A DNA stretch of 64,000 bases from NCBI GenBank assembly GCA_963778655.1, contig CAVZVA010000005.1:96001-160000 (forward strand). The letters are read 5' to 3'. Shown in pieces: positions 49,426-59,304 of this stretch (positions are counted from its first letter, which is position 1; each line of letters starts with the position of its first letter). The notes beneath the pieces were generated by a model, which did no database searches, had not been told where the DNA came from, and worked only from the letters and a program-made list of their open reading frames with translations. The stretch comes from an uncultured delta proteobacterium (GTDB lineage Bacteria; Myxococcota_A; Polyangia; Polyangiales; JAFGIB01). Made by a program: the position numbers and the translations under genes.

Positions 49426-51557
49426 GGCGCGCTCCCGTCCGCGCGCGGTCGTTCCGCGCGGGGCGCGGCGGCTCCGCCTTGCAGCAGGCACAGGGCGTGT
49501 GCCTCGACCGTCACGCTCGGGCCGCTCGGCGGCCCGGCCGCGCGTGTGGGGTCGGCGCTGTCGAGCAGCAGGCGAAAGCCCGCGTGCTCGCCCGCCTCCG
49601 GCAGCCGGAAGGCGACCGGCTGGTCACCCGCGTTCAGCAGCAGCAGATGCCCGGGCCGCGCCGGATCGGGCCTGGCCGCGGCGTCGTGGCCGCACACCCA
49701 CATGCCCAGCGCCTTGCGCGCCGGATCGCGCCAGGCCTCGAGCTCGAGCTCCCGGCCGTCGGGGCCGATCCAGCTGACGTCCTTGCAGGCGGAGCCGGCG
49801 AGCGGCTGGCCGTCGAAATGCTGGCTGCGGCGCAACGCGGACAGCCCCCGGCGCAGGGCGAAGCACTGGCGGCAGTGCTCGAGCAACGCGCGCTCGCGGG
49901 GACCGAGCTCCCAGCGCAGGTAGCTGGTCTCGTTGTCTTGTCCATAGGCATTGTTGTTGCCCCTCTGGCTGTGCCCCAGCTCGTCGCCACCGAGCAGCAT
50001 CGGCGTGCCCAGCGAGAAGGCGAGCGTCGCCAGCATCCCGCGCGCGACCCGATCGCGCAGCGCGCGCACGTCCTCGCGATCGGTTTCGCCCTCGACGCCC
50101 CAGCTGCGGCTCAGGTTCTGCTCGGCGCCGTCTCGGCCCTGCCAGCCGTTCGCCAGGTTGTGGCGCCGTTCGTAGCTGGTCAGATCGCGCAGCGTGAAGC
50201 CGTCGTGGCAGCTCACGAAGTTGACGCTGGCCCACGCCGGCTTGCGCGCGAACAAGTCGGAGCTGCCGGCCAACCGCGTCGCCAGCTCTCCGAGCTGGCC
50301 GCCGTCGCCGCGCCAGAAGCGCCGCACGCCGTCGCGGTACAGGTCGTTCCACTCGCAGAAACCCGTGCCGAAGCGGCCACGCGTCTGCCCCCGCACGTCC
50401 CAGGGCTCCGCGATCAGCTTGACGCCGGAGAGCACCGGGTCCTGGAAGATCACCGCGAACAGCCCCTGGGTCACATCGGCGCCTTGCGGGTCGCGCACCA
50501 GCGCAGGCGCGAGGTCGAAGCGAAAGCCGTCGATATGCATCTGCTCGACCCAGTAGCGCAGGCTGTCGGCGACCAGGCGCAGCGTCTGCGGGTGGCGCAG
50601 GTGCAGCGTGTTTCCACAGCCAGTGTAATTGACGTAGCGGCTGCGATCTTCGGGCTGCAGCTGGTAGTACGCGTCGTTGCCCAGGCCGCGCAGGCACAGC
50701 GTGGCGCCGAGCTCGTCGGTCTCGCCGCTGTGGTTGTAGACGACGTCGAGGATCACCTCGATGCCGGCCGCGTGCAGCGTGCGCACCATGGTCTTGAATT
50801 CCGAGACCTGGTCCGCGGGTCCGGGGCCGCTGGCGAAGCGCGCGTCGGGGGCGAAGAAGCCGACGGTGTCGTAACCCCAGTAGTTGGAGAGCCCGCGCTC
50901 CACCAGGAAGCGCTCGGAAAAGGCGTGCTGCACCGGCAACAGCTCGACCGCGGTCACCCCGAGCGCGTGCAGGTGCGCGAGCACCGGCTCGCTGCACAGC
51001 CCCAGGAAGCGTCCGCGCAGCTCGGGCGCGAGCTGCGGGTGGGCGGCAGTCAGGCTCTTGACGTGGCACTCGTAGATCAGGCTCTCGGCCCAGGGCGTCC
51101 TGGGCGGGCGGTCGCCGCCCCAGTCGAAGCGTGGATCGACCACCACCGAGCGCGGCGCCACCTGCGCGCTGTCGCGCGCATCGGGGCGCGGCCCGTCCGG
51201 GTCGTTGGGGTCGTAGCCGTCGAGCAATGGGTGCCAGCGGGCGGGACGGTCGAGCGCGGTGGCATAGGGATCGAGCAGCAGCTTGCTCGGGTTGAAGCGG
51301 TGGCCCTCCGCGGGCGCGTAGGGCCCGTGCGCGCGGTACCCGTAGCGCTGGCCCGGCCCGGCCCGCGGCAAGTAGCCGTGCCACACCCCGCCGGTGCAGC
51401 ACGGCAGCGCGAGCCGTGCGCTTTCGGCGCCGGCGCCGGCCTCGAACAGGCACAGCTCGACGCTGGTTGCGTGCTCCGACCAGACGGCGAAGTTGGTCCC
51501 GCGGCCGTCCCAGCGGGCCCCCAGTGGAGCAGCGCTGCCCGGCAACATCTCGCTCAC
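49422..51557 (-). CDS. glgX: Glycogen debranching enzyme (isoamylase, GH13)
   Basis: PLGARWDGRGTNFA, NYWGYDT, DVVYNH, DGFRFDLA, AEPWD, HDGFTLRD, GNNNAY. Confidence 0.95.
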   Translation of the reverse strand: MSEMLPGSAAPLGARWDGRGTNFAVWSEHATSVELCLFEAGAGAESARLALPCCTGGVWHGYLPRAGPGQRYGYRAHGPYAPAEGHRFNPSKLLLDPYATALDRPARWHPLLDGYDPNDPDGPRPDARDSAQVAPRSVVVDPRFDWGGDRPPRTPWAESLIYECHVKSLTAAHPQLAPELRGRFLGLCSEPVLAHLHALGVTAVELLPVQHAFSERFLVERGLSNYWGYDTVGFFAPDARFASGPGPADQVSEFKTMVRTLHAAGIEVILDVVYNHSGETDELGATLCLRGLGNDAYYQLQPEDRSRYVNYTGCGNTLHLRHPQTLRLVADSLRYWVEQMHIDGFRFDLAPALVRDPQGADVTQGLFAVIFQDPVLSGVKLIAEPWDVRGQTRGRFGTGFCEWNDLYRDGVRRFWRGDGGQLGELATRLAGSSDLFARKPAWASVNFVSCHDGFTLRDLTSYERRHNLANGWQGRDGAEQNLSRSWGVEGETDREDVRALRDRVARGMLATLAFSLGTPMLLGGDELGHSQRGNNNAYGQDNETSYLRWELGPRERALLEHCRQCFALRRGLSALRRSQHFDGQPLAGSACKDVSWIGPDGRELELEAWRDPARKALGMWVCGHDAAARPDPARPGHLLLLNAGDQPVAFRLPEAGEHAGFRLLLDSADPTRAAGPPSGPSVTVEAHALCLLQGGAAAPRAERPRADGSAP

Positions 51558-51706
51558 GGCCGTGTCCTCCGCGTAGTCCCGGCCCAGGGCCAAGAGCCAG
51601 CTCCGCCGCACGCAATGCCTGCGCGTCCATCGCTGCGCCGTCGCACGACTTCCGATCTTGTGTCTAACTTCGCTACTCTACACGAAGAGCCCGACTGGAG
51701 TCGAAC

Positions 51707-53821
51707 GTGCCCGACTTGCGTGCCCGCCTGTACCGCCTCTCCCAGAATCTGCGCTGGAGCTGGAACGACGAGCTGCGGGGGATCTTCCGCGCGATCGACG
51801 CCGACTTGTGGCGCGAGGTCAACCACAACCCGATCGAGTTTCTCAAGCGTGTCGAGCCGCGCACGCTGGAGCACAAGGGCGGCGACGCGAGCGTGTTGGC
51901 GCAGACCATCCGTGCCGAAAAGCACCTGCAGGACTATCTCTCGAGCGACAAGCACTGGACAAGCTGGAACGCGCCGGGCCTGATGTCGGGGCCGGTCGCT
52001 TATTTTAGCTTCGAGTTCTGCATTCACGAGTCGCTGCCGATCTATTCGGGCGGTCTCGGCGTGCTGGCCGGGGACCACCTCAAGGCCTGTTCCGATCTCG
52101 GCGTGCCCACCTACGGCGTGACCTTGCTATATCGCCAGGGCTACTTCCACCAGCAGATCGACAGCGAGGGGCGGCAGACCGAGATCTACAACGAGCTCGA
52201 CGCCTCGACCGTGCCGATCGAGCCGGTGCGCGGTGCCGGCGGCCGCGTGCTCACGGTCGCGATTCCCGTGGGCGACGAGTCGCTGACCGCCGAGATCTGG
52301 CACGCCCAGGTGGGCCGCTGCGAGCTGGTGCTGCTGGACCTGTGCGAGCGCCAGGATCACCCCGGCGCCGCCCGCGTGTTCCGCCTGTACGGCGGCGACA
52401 AGGCGACCCGCATCGTGCAGGAGCTGGCGCTCGGCGTCGGCGGCTACCGCGCCCTGCGCAAGCTCGGCGTGCGCCCTGGCGTGCTGCATCTCAACGAAGG
52501 CCACTGCGCCTTCGCCACGCTCGAGGCGATCGCGGAGCGGATGGAGCGCAGCGGTTTCGGCTTCCGCGAGTGCGCCGACGACGTCGCCGAGCAGACCGTG
52601 TTCACGACCCACACGCCGGTGGCGGCGGGACACGACTTCTTCGAGCCTGCGCTGGCGCTGCACTACCTGCGCCCGCTGCAGCAGCGGCTGGGGCTCTCGG
52701 ACCACGACCTGCTGGCGCTGGGCCGCGTCAGCCCAGACAACCCGGCCGAGGAGTTCTGCATGACCACGCTGGCGCTCAAGCTCTCGCGTCGCACCAACGC
52801 GGTGAGCTCGCTGCACGGCATCACCTCGCGCCACATGTGGCGTACGCTGTGGCCGGACCGCCGCTCCTCCGACGTACCGATCGGGCACATCACCAACGGC
52901 GTGCATGTCGACACCTGGCTGGCCGACGAGCTGGCCGAGATTTACTCCGACTGCCTCGGCGCCGACTGGCGCAACCGGCTGTGCGATCCGCACCGCTGGC
53001 GCAAGATCGAGGAGCTCGATGAGTTTCAACTGTGGAGCACCAAGATCGTGCTCAAGGAGCGCCTGCTCGACTTCGTCGACCGCCGCCTGGCCGCGCAGCG
53101 CGTGCGTCTTTCCGACCCGCTGCCGATTGCCATGCTGCGGCCCGAGGTGCTGACGATCGGCTTCGCGCGGCGATTCGCCCTGTACAAGCGAGCCTATCTG
53201 CTGTTCGAGGATCTCGAGCGTGCCAAGCGCTTTCTCACAGACCCAGAGCGACCGGTACAGGTCATCTTCGCCGGTAAGGCTCACCCCGCCGACGAGCCGG
53301 CCAAGGACGTGCTGCGCAGGCTGACCGAGCTCAGCCGCATGCCGGAGCTGCGCAACCATGTGGTGCTGCTCGAGGATCACGACAAGAACCTGGGCCTGCA
53401 CATGCTCGAGGGCTGCGACTTGTGGCTCAACGCACCGCGCCGCCCGCTCGAGGCCTGCGGCACCAGCGGCATGAAGGCGGTGTTCAACGCCGCGCTCAAT
53501 TGCTCGACCCTGGATGGCTGGTGGGACGAGGCTTACGACACCTCCAACGGCTTCGCCTATGGCGATGCCATGGTCCTCGCCAACCCCAGGGCCCAGGACG
53601 AGCACGACGCCCGCTCGCTGCTCGAGACCCTGGAGCAAAAGGTGGTGCCTCTGTACTACGAGCGCAACGGACAGCACATTCCGATTCGCTGGTTGCGGAT
53701 GATCAAGCACGCGCTCAAGACCCTGGCCTGGCGCTACAACGCCGACCGGATGGTCATGGACTACACCCGGCACATGTACGTGCCCGCCTCGCGCACGCAC
53801 ACCTCGTCCATCCGGGAGTAG
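51707..53821 (+). CDS. glgP: Alpha-glucan phosphorylase (GT35)
   Basis: YSGGLGVLAGD, HLNEGH, TNGVH, FARRFALYKR, GKAHP, EACGTSGMK. Confidence 0.95.
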   Translation: MPDLRARLYRLSQNLRWSWNDELRGIFRAIDADLWREVNHNPIEFLKRVEPRTLEHKGGDASVLAQTIRAEKHLQDYLSSDKHWTSWNAPGLMSGPVAYFSFEFCIHESLPIYSGGLGVLAGDHLKACSDLGVPTYGVTLLYRQGYFHQQIDSEGRQTEIYNELDASTVPIEPVRGAGGRVLTVAIPVGDESLTAEIWHAQVGRCELVLLDLCERQDHPGAARVFRLYGGDKATRIVQELALGVGGYRALRKLGVRPGVLHLNEGHCAFATLEAIAERMERSGFGFRECADDVAEQTVFTTHTPVAAGHDFFEPALALHYLRPLQQRLGLSDHDLLALGRVSPDNPAEEFCMTTLALKLSRRTNAVSSLHGITSRHMWRTLWPDRRSSDVPIGHITNGVHVDTWLADELAEIYSDCLGADWRNRLCDPHRWRKIEELDEFQLWSTKIVLKERLLDFVDRRLAAQRVRLSDPLPIAMLRPEVLTIGFARRFALYKRAYLLFEDLERAKRFLTDPERPVQVIFAGKAHPADEPAKDVLRRLTELSRMPELRNHVVLLEDHDKNLGLHMLEGCDLWLNAPRRPLEACGTSGMKAVFNAALNCSTLDGWWDEAYDTSNGFAYGDAMVLANPRAQDEHDARSLLETLEQKVVPLYYERNGQHIPIRWLRMIKHALKTLAWRYNADRMVMDYTRHMYVPASRTHTSSIRE

Positions 53822-54036
53822 CCGGGGCGGCTAGAGCCGGCCGGGAATGGGCGGTGGGGCGCCCGCCTGCGGCCGGAACAAGGCGTGCCCCCCGGCCGTT
53901 TCTTGGGCGCGCGATGCCGATTCACCCCGATGTCTCGTGCAGCTAGATCCACGGCGATTATGTACCGAGCCGCAACGCTACCGAAACCATCTCCTGCTAC
54001 GCTGGCGGCAAGTGTTGAGGGCAGAGGACGAGCCAC

Positions 54037-55470
54037 ATGAGAACCCATCCGAGCGCGCCCCGGCTAGCCGTCAAGTCGGAACCCGCCGTGTTGAATTCGG
54101 CGGAATCTGAAATGAGAGTGGGCCCGGGCGGCCGCGAGGTGCCGATCCACTATGGCGAAGCCAGCGACGGCAGCGAGCACCGCCACGACTTGCCGGCCTT
54201 GGGCATCCCCGAGGGGGTGCAGTTTCATGTGCTCTCGTTCGAGGGTCCCGATCCGTATGCGCGCATCGGCGGGCTCGAGACCCGGGTCGCCGGCATCTGC
54301 CAGGCTCTGGTCTGCGCGGGTCACGAGGTGCACCTGTGGTTCGTCGGCGACCCCGACCAGCCCGGCTACGAGCTTCGCGGCGGGCTTCACATGCACCGCT
54401 GGTGCCAGTGGCTGAGCCGGCACCACCCGATCGGCGTCTATGACGGCCAGGCCTCCAAGGTGCCGGACTATGCGGCTTCGCTCCCGCCCTACGTGCTCGG
54501 GCACGGCCTGCGCGACCATCTGCGCGGTGGCGGGCTGGGCGTGGTGCTGGCCGAAGAGTGGCAGACCGCCGATGCCGTGCTGCACCTCGATCACCTGCTG
54601 CGCATGTCCGGGCTGCGCGACCGCGTGCGGATGCTGTGGAACGCCAACAACGTGTTCGGGTTCGAGCACATCGACTGGCCGCGCCTGCGCCAGGCGGCCG
54701 TGGTCACCACGGTCAGCCGTTACATGAAGCAGGTCATGCGGGCCGAGCGGGTCGAGAGCGTCGCCATCCCCAATGGCCTCGCCCCCGACGCGTATCTGCC
54801 GCCTGATCGCTCGGCGGTGGCTCAGCTTCGCCGCAGCTTCGAAGGCCGGATCGCCATCACCAAGATGGCGCGCTGGGATCCCGACAAGCGTTGGCTGGCT
54901 TCGGTCCAGATCGTCGCCGAGCTGCGCCAGCTGGGCATGAAGCCTCTGTTCATCGCGCGTGGCGGCCGCGAGGCCCACGGGGCCGAGGTGCTGAACGCGA
55001 TGCGCAACGCTGGCTTGCGCATCGTGGACCGCGGCTACTCCAGCGGGTGCCCGCGCGGGCTGGTGCGGGCGCTGTCGCACGCCCAGGACGCCGACGTGAT
55101 CAACCTGGTCACCCACGTTGATCCCGACAGCCGGCGGGCGCTCTTCCGCGCCGCCGACGTCGTGCTCGCGAACAGCGAGCACGAGCCGTTCGGGCTGGTC
55201 GGGCTCGAAGCGATGGCCGCCGGCGGAGTCGCCTGCATAGGCTGCTCGGGTGAGGACTACGCGATGTCGGGCCGCAACGCGCTGGTGCTGCAGACCGCCG
55301 AGCCCTCCGAGTTCATCGAGCTCTACCGCCAAGTGCAGGCGGACTCGGCCTACGAAGGCGCGCTGCGCCGCGCGGGCCGCTCGATGGCCAGGTACTTCTC
55401 CTGGCCCGAGGTCATCCGCACCAACCTGGTGCCGCGCTTGTTGCTGCCGCTGCCGGCCGCCGCGTTCTAA
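54037..55470 (+). CDS. GT4 family glycosyltransferase
   Basis: GGLET, VTTVSRYM, IPNGL, EPFGLVGLEAMAAG. Start could be 54112. Confidence 0.85.
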   Translation: MRTHPSAPRLAVKSEPAVLNSAESEMRVGPGGREVPIHYGEASDGSEHRHDLPALGIPEGVQFHVLSFEGPDPYARIGGLETRVAGICQALVCAGHEVHLWFVGDPDQPGYELRGGLHMHRWCQWLSRHHPIGVYDGQASKVPDYAASLPPYVLGHGLRDHLRGGGLGVVLAEEWQTADAVLHLDHLLRMSGLRDRVRMLWNANNVFGFEHIDWPRLRQAAVVTTVSRYMKQVMRAERVESVAIPNGLAPDAYLPPDRSAVAQLRRSFEGRIAITKMARWDPDKRWLASVQIVAELRQLGMKPLFIARGGREAHGAEVLNAMRNAGLRIVDRGYSSGCPRGLVRALSHAQDADVINLVTHVDPDSRRALFRAADVVLANSEHEPFGLVGLEAMAAGGVACIGCSGEDYAMSGRNALVLQTAEPSEFIELYRQVQADSAYEGALRRAGRSMARYFSWPEVIRTNLVPRLLLPLPAAAF

Positions 55471-55658
55471 ATCAGAGCTCGCGATTCGGGATCGAAGCAC
55501 AAACTCCGATTTCTGCTTTGATTGTCAGGGAGTCGCGCCGACTCCCTGTGCGCGAGGCAAAGCCTCGCGCATTCACCCTCTCGCGGTGGTGCGGCATCCG
55601 CCGCACCGCTCAATGACCGATCGGCATGGCCGTTCCCGAATCGTGATCGGTCATTTAG
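55467..55658. mobile_element. 192-bp multi-hairpin MITE-like element (family D) whose ends provide both neighbours' TAA stops
   Basis: Left end CTAAATCAGAGCTCGCGATTCGGGA versus reverse complement of right end CTAAATGACCGATCACGATTCGGGA (20/25); encloses four hairpins. Confidence 0.7.
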
Positions 55659-56527
55659 CGTCCGAAGCGGCGCTGGCGTTCGTCGAAGGAGCGCAGCGCG
55701 CGCAGGAAGTCGATCTTGCGGAAGGCGGGCCAGTTGGTATCGCAGAAGTAGTATTCGGAATAGGCGCTCTGCCACATCAGAAAGCCGCTCATACGCACCT
55801 CGCCGCTGGTGCGGATGATCAGGTCGGGCTCGGGCAGGCCAGAGGTGTAGAGGAAGCGCTCGACCGCCTTGTGGCTGAAGGACTCGAGCGTCTGGCGCAG
55901 ATCCTTGCCGGTGCTGAGCTGCTGCCCGAGGTAGTCGCGGAAGGCGTCGGTGAGCTCCTCCCGTCCGCCGTACGCGAGCGCGATGTTGAGCACGAACCGG
56001 TTGTAGCCCGCGGTGGCGCGCTCGACCGCGGCGGTGGCTTCCTGCAGGCTCGCGGGCAGCAGATCGCGGCGCCCGATGAAGCGCACGCGCACCTGGTTGT
56101 CGTGCAGGTCCGGGCTATCGATCATCTCGCGCGTCTTGATCTCGAACAGCTCGAGCAGGCCGCGCACCTCTTCCGAATCGCGGTTGAAGTTGTCGAGCGA
56201 AAAGCCCCAGACGGTCACCACCGGAATCCGGTGCTCGAAGCACCAGTCGAGCATCTCGCGCAGCTTGTCGGCGCCCAGCTTGTGGCCGAGCGCGACATCG
56301 CGCGCCCCCAGCAAGCGGGCGAAGCGGCGGTTGCCGTCCATGATGATGCCGATGTGCTGCGGCACGCGAAAGCTCAGCGCCTGCGCGTTGAGCCAACGCT
56401 CGTAGAAGCGGTAGAAGGGCGTGCTGACCACGTCGAGCGCGGCGCGCAGCAGCAGCGCGAGCGGGCTCGCGCCCTGGGCCTTCCAGACTTCGATCGCGAG
56501 GCGGGTTCTGCTTCCTTCTGTAGCCAT
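55655..56527 (-). CDS. uppS: cis-prenyltransferase (UppS family)
   Basis: PQHIGIIMDGNRRFA, FSLDNFNR, AYGGREE, PDLIIRTSGEVRMSGF, RRFGR. Confidence 0.9.
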   Translation of the reverse strand: MATEGSRTRLAIEVWKAQGASPLALLLRAALDVVSTPFYRFYERWLNAQALSFRVPQHIGIIMDGNRRFARLLGARDVALGHKLGADKLREMLDWCFEHRIPVVTVWGFSLDNFNRDSEEVRGLLELFEIKTREMIDSPDLHDNQVRVRFIGRRDLLPASLQEATAAVERATAGYNRFVLNIALAYGGREELTDAFRDYLGQQLSTGKDLRQTLESFSHKAVERFLYTSGLPEPDLIIRTSGEVRMSGFLMWQSAYSEYYFCDTNWPAFRKIDFLRALRSFDERQRRFGR

Positions 56528-56799
56528 CTAAGTCAAGCCCGTCAGTAACAAGCGCGGACCCCGGCAGATTCCTCGCGCGGGGTTAGAGCTGTCCAGTTTA
56601 TGCCACGGCCAGGTGACGTATGTGAGACGCAGAACAGCGGACCAATTTTTTTCCGCCGGGCGAGACCGAGCACGAGGGTAGGGCCCCACATGTGGGACGG
56701 CACGACGGACCGGGACCGCGCATCCATACCGCGGGCGGGCGCCTTAGGCCAGCAAATCCGTGCGCTCAGCGCCCAGCCCGGTGCTCTCGGCCTTCCGCG

Positions 56800-56829
56800 T
56801 TGACGGGCGGCCGGCGCTTCGGCTATCCC
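56800..56829 (+). promoter_or_regulatory. Putative sigma70 promoter of the pur operon
   Basis: TTGACG-N18-TATCCC about 50 nt upstream of GGAGG RBS and ATG 56881. Confidence 0.4.
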
Positions 56830-56880
56830 GCGGGTGCGCGCCGGGCGCACGGCTCCGCGCGCGGCTCCCGGAGGTCGGTG

Positions 56881-57468
56881 ATGGCACGCGTCGAACGCGC
56901 ATTGGTCTCGGTGTCCGACAAGCGGGGCGTGGTCGAGTTGTGTCGCGCGCTCGCCGGGCTGGGCGTCACCATCCTGTCGACCGGCGGCACCGCCCGCGCG
57001 CTGCGCGAGGCCGGGGTGGCGGTCACGGACGTGTCGGAGTACACGGGCTCGCCCGAGGTGATGGACGGCCGCGTCAAGACGCTGCACCCGAGGGTGCACG
57101 GCGGCATCCTGATGCGCGAGCTGCAGAAGGACCGGCAGGATCTCGCGCGCATCGGCGGCGAGCCGATCGACCTGGTCGTGTGCAACCTGTACCCGTTCGA
57201 GGCGACGGTGGCGCGCGGCGCGGCCTACGACGAGGCGATCGAGAACATCGACATCGGAGGACCGTGCATGATCCGCGCGGCGGCCAAGAACCACGCGCGC
57301 GTGGGCGTGGTCGTCGACCCCGACGACTACGGCCGCGTGGCCGAAGCCAGCGCGGCCGGCTTGCCTGACGCGCTGCGCGCAGAGCTGGCGACCAAGGCGT
57401 TTGCGCACACCGCCGCCTACGATGCGGCGATCGCCGCCTACCTGCGTTCGCACGGGGCAGCCCGGTGA
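56881..57468 (+). CDS. purH: Stand-alone IMP cyclohydrolase (N-terminal MGS-like domain of PurH only)
   Basis: [52 protein letters not shown], then stop at 195 aa; GTGA overlap with purD. Confidence 0.88.
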   Translation: MARVERALVSVSDKRGVVELCRALAGLGVTILSTGGTARALREAGVAVTDVSEYTGSPEVMDGRVKTLHPRVHGGILMRELQKDRQDLARIGGEPIDLVVCNLYPFEATVARGAAYDEAIENIDIGGPCMIRAAAKNHARVGVVVDPDDYGRVAEASAAGLPDALRAELATKAFAHTAAYDAAIAAYLRSHGAAR

Positions 57469-58736
57469 AGCTGATGGTGGTCGGCGGCGGCGCGCGCGAG
57501 CACGCGCTCGCCGCCAAGCTGCGCCTGTCTGCGCGCGTGCGCGAGCTGCTGTGCGTGCCGGGCAACGGCGGCACCGCCGCGATCGCCGAGAACGTGGCGC
57601 TCGACCCCGAGGACGTGCCGGCGGTGGTGGCGCTGGCAGTCGCCCGCCAGGTCGATTTCGTGGTGGTGGGTCCCGAGGGTCCGCTGGTCGCTGGGCTGGT
57701 GGACGCCCTCGCCGAGGCGGGCATCGAGGCGTTCGGACCGCGCAAGGCGGCCGCGCAGCTCGAGGGCAGCAAGGCGTTCAGCAAGCGCTTCATGCAGCGC
57801 CACGGCGTGCCCACCGCTGAGGCCGCGATCTTCGAGCAGCGCGAGGCGGCGCTCGCGCACGCGCGCGCGGCGGACCGGCCGCTGGTGGTCAAGGCCGACG
57901 GCCTGGCCGCGGGCAAGGGTGTGTTCGTGGCCGAGAGCGTGGACGAGACGCTCGAGGCGATCGAGCGGCTGATGGGGCGGCGCGAGCTGGGCGCGGCGGG
58001 CGCGTGCGTGCTGCTGGAGCAGCCGCTGGCCGGCGAGGAGGTCAGCTACCACGTGCTGATCGACGGCGAGCGCTTCGTCGCGCTGGCCGCGGCCCAGGAC
58101 CACAAGCGCCTGCTCGATGGCGACCACGGTCCCAACACCGGCGGCATGGGGGCCTACTCGCCGCCGCCCGTGGTCAGCGCCGAGGTCGAGGCCAAGATCA
58201 TCGAGCGCGTGGTGCGCCCGACCCTGGCCGGGTTGCGCGCCGACGGGCTCGACTACCGCGGCGCGCTGTTCATCGGGCTGATGATCTGCGACGGCGAGCC
58301 GTTCGTGATCGAGTACAACGCGCGCTTTGGGGATCCCGAGGCCGAGGTGGTGCTGGCACGCCTGCAGGGCGATCTGCTGCCGCTGCTGCTCGCCGCGGCG
58401 CGCGGCGACCTGCGCGAGGTGGCGTTGCAGTGGGAGGCGCCCGCCGCGCTGTGCGTGGTGGTGGCCTCGGGCGGCTACCCAGGCGCGTACGCCAAGGGGC
58501 TGCCGATCGGCGGGCTCACGGCGGCCGCGCGCGTCGAGGGGGTCGAGGTGCTGCACGCCGGGACGCGCCGCCAAGGCGACACGGTGGTGACGGCCGGCGG
58601 CCGCGTGCTCGCGGTCACCGCGCGCGGCGCCGACTTGGAGAGCGTCGCCCAGCGCGCGTACCAGGCGGTCGCGTGCATCGAGTTCGAGGGCATGCAGTAC
58701 CGGCGCGATATCGGTTGGCGCGCGCGCCGTGGATGA
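57465..58736 (+). CDS. purD: Phosphoribosylamine--glycine ligase
   Basis: [52 protein letters not shown]. Confidence 0.97.
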   Translation: MKLMVVGGGAREHALAAKLRLSARVRELLCVPGNGGTAAIAENVALDPEDVPAVVALAVARQVDFVVVGPEGPLVAGLVDALAEAGIEAFGPRKAAAQLEGSKAFSKRFMQRHGVPTAEAAIFEQREAALAHARAADRPLVVKADGLAAGKGVFVAESVDETLEAIERLMGRRELGAAGACVLLEQPLAGEEVSYHVLIDGERFVALAAAQDHKRLLDGDHGPNTGGMGAYSPPPVVSAEVEAKIIERVVRPTLAGLRADGLDYRGALFIGLMICDGEPFVIEYNARFGDPEAEVVLARLQGDLLPLLLAAARGDLREVALQWEAPAALCVVVASGGYPGAYAKGLPIGGLTAAARVEGVEVLHAGTRRQGDTVVTAGGRVLAVTARGADLESVAQRAYQAVACIEFEGMQYRRDIGWRARRG

Positions 58737-59304
58737 CGCCGGCGCGCGGCGTTACGTCGAGCTGCTGCGCGCGGGCGGCGTGCTCGCGTGTCCGACCGAG
58801 ACTCAGGTCGGGCTGCTCGCGGACGCCCTGAACCCTGCCGCGGTGCAGCGCGTCAGCGCCATGAAGCGCAGGCCTGCGGGCGAGCCGCTGCCGTTGATCG
58901 TGCCCTCGCTCGAGGTCGCGCTGCGGCTGGTGCACGACCTGCCCGCGGCCGCGGTCGAGCTCGCCGCGCGCTACTGGCCCGGGCCGCTCACGCTGGTGTT
59001 GGACGCGCAGCCGTGGCTGGCCGCGCCGCTGTTGAGGGACGGAAAAGTGGCGCTGCGCGTGCCCGGCGCGAGCCCGGCCCTGGCGCTGGTGAGCGCGTTC
59101 GGCGGGCCGCTCACCGCCACCAGCGCCAACCTCAGCGGCCAGCCGCCGCTGCAAGCCGAGGCCGAGCTGCGCGCCGCGTTCGGCGATGCGCTCGCCGCGA
59201 TCGTGCCGGGCCGGGCCCCTGGCGGGGCGCCATCGACGGTGCTCGACGTGACCTGCGATCCCCCGCGGGTGCTGCGCCGCGGCCCGATCGAGCCCGAGCT
59301 CTGA
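58729..59304 (+). CDS. tsaC: L-threonylcarbamoyladenylate synthase (YrdC/Sua5 domain)
   Basis: CPTET, KRRP..PL, WPGPLTLV, TSANLSG, STVLD. Confidence 0.9.
   Translation: MDDAGARRYVELLRAGGVLACPTETQVGLLADALNPAAVQRVSAMKRRPAGEPLPLIVPSLEVALRLVHDLPAAAVELAARYWPGPLTLVLDAQPWLAAPLLRDGKVALRVPGASPALALVSAFGGPLTATSANLSGQPPLQAEAELRAAFGDALAAIVPGRAPGGAPSTVLDVTCDPPRVLRRGPIEPEL

Noticed and set aside
56528..56880. ZMP/ZTP riboswitch expected upstream of purH
   Set aside because: No GACTGGCG or CGCCTGGGC consensus segments found.
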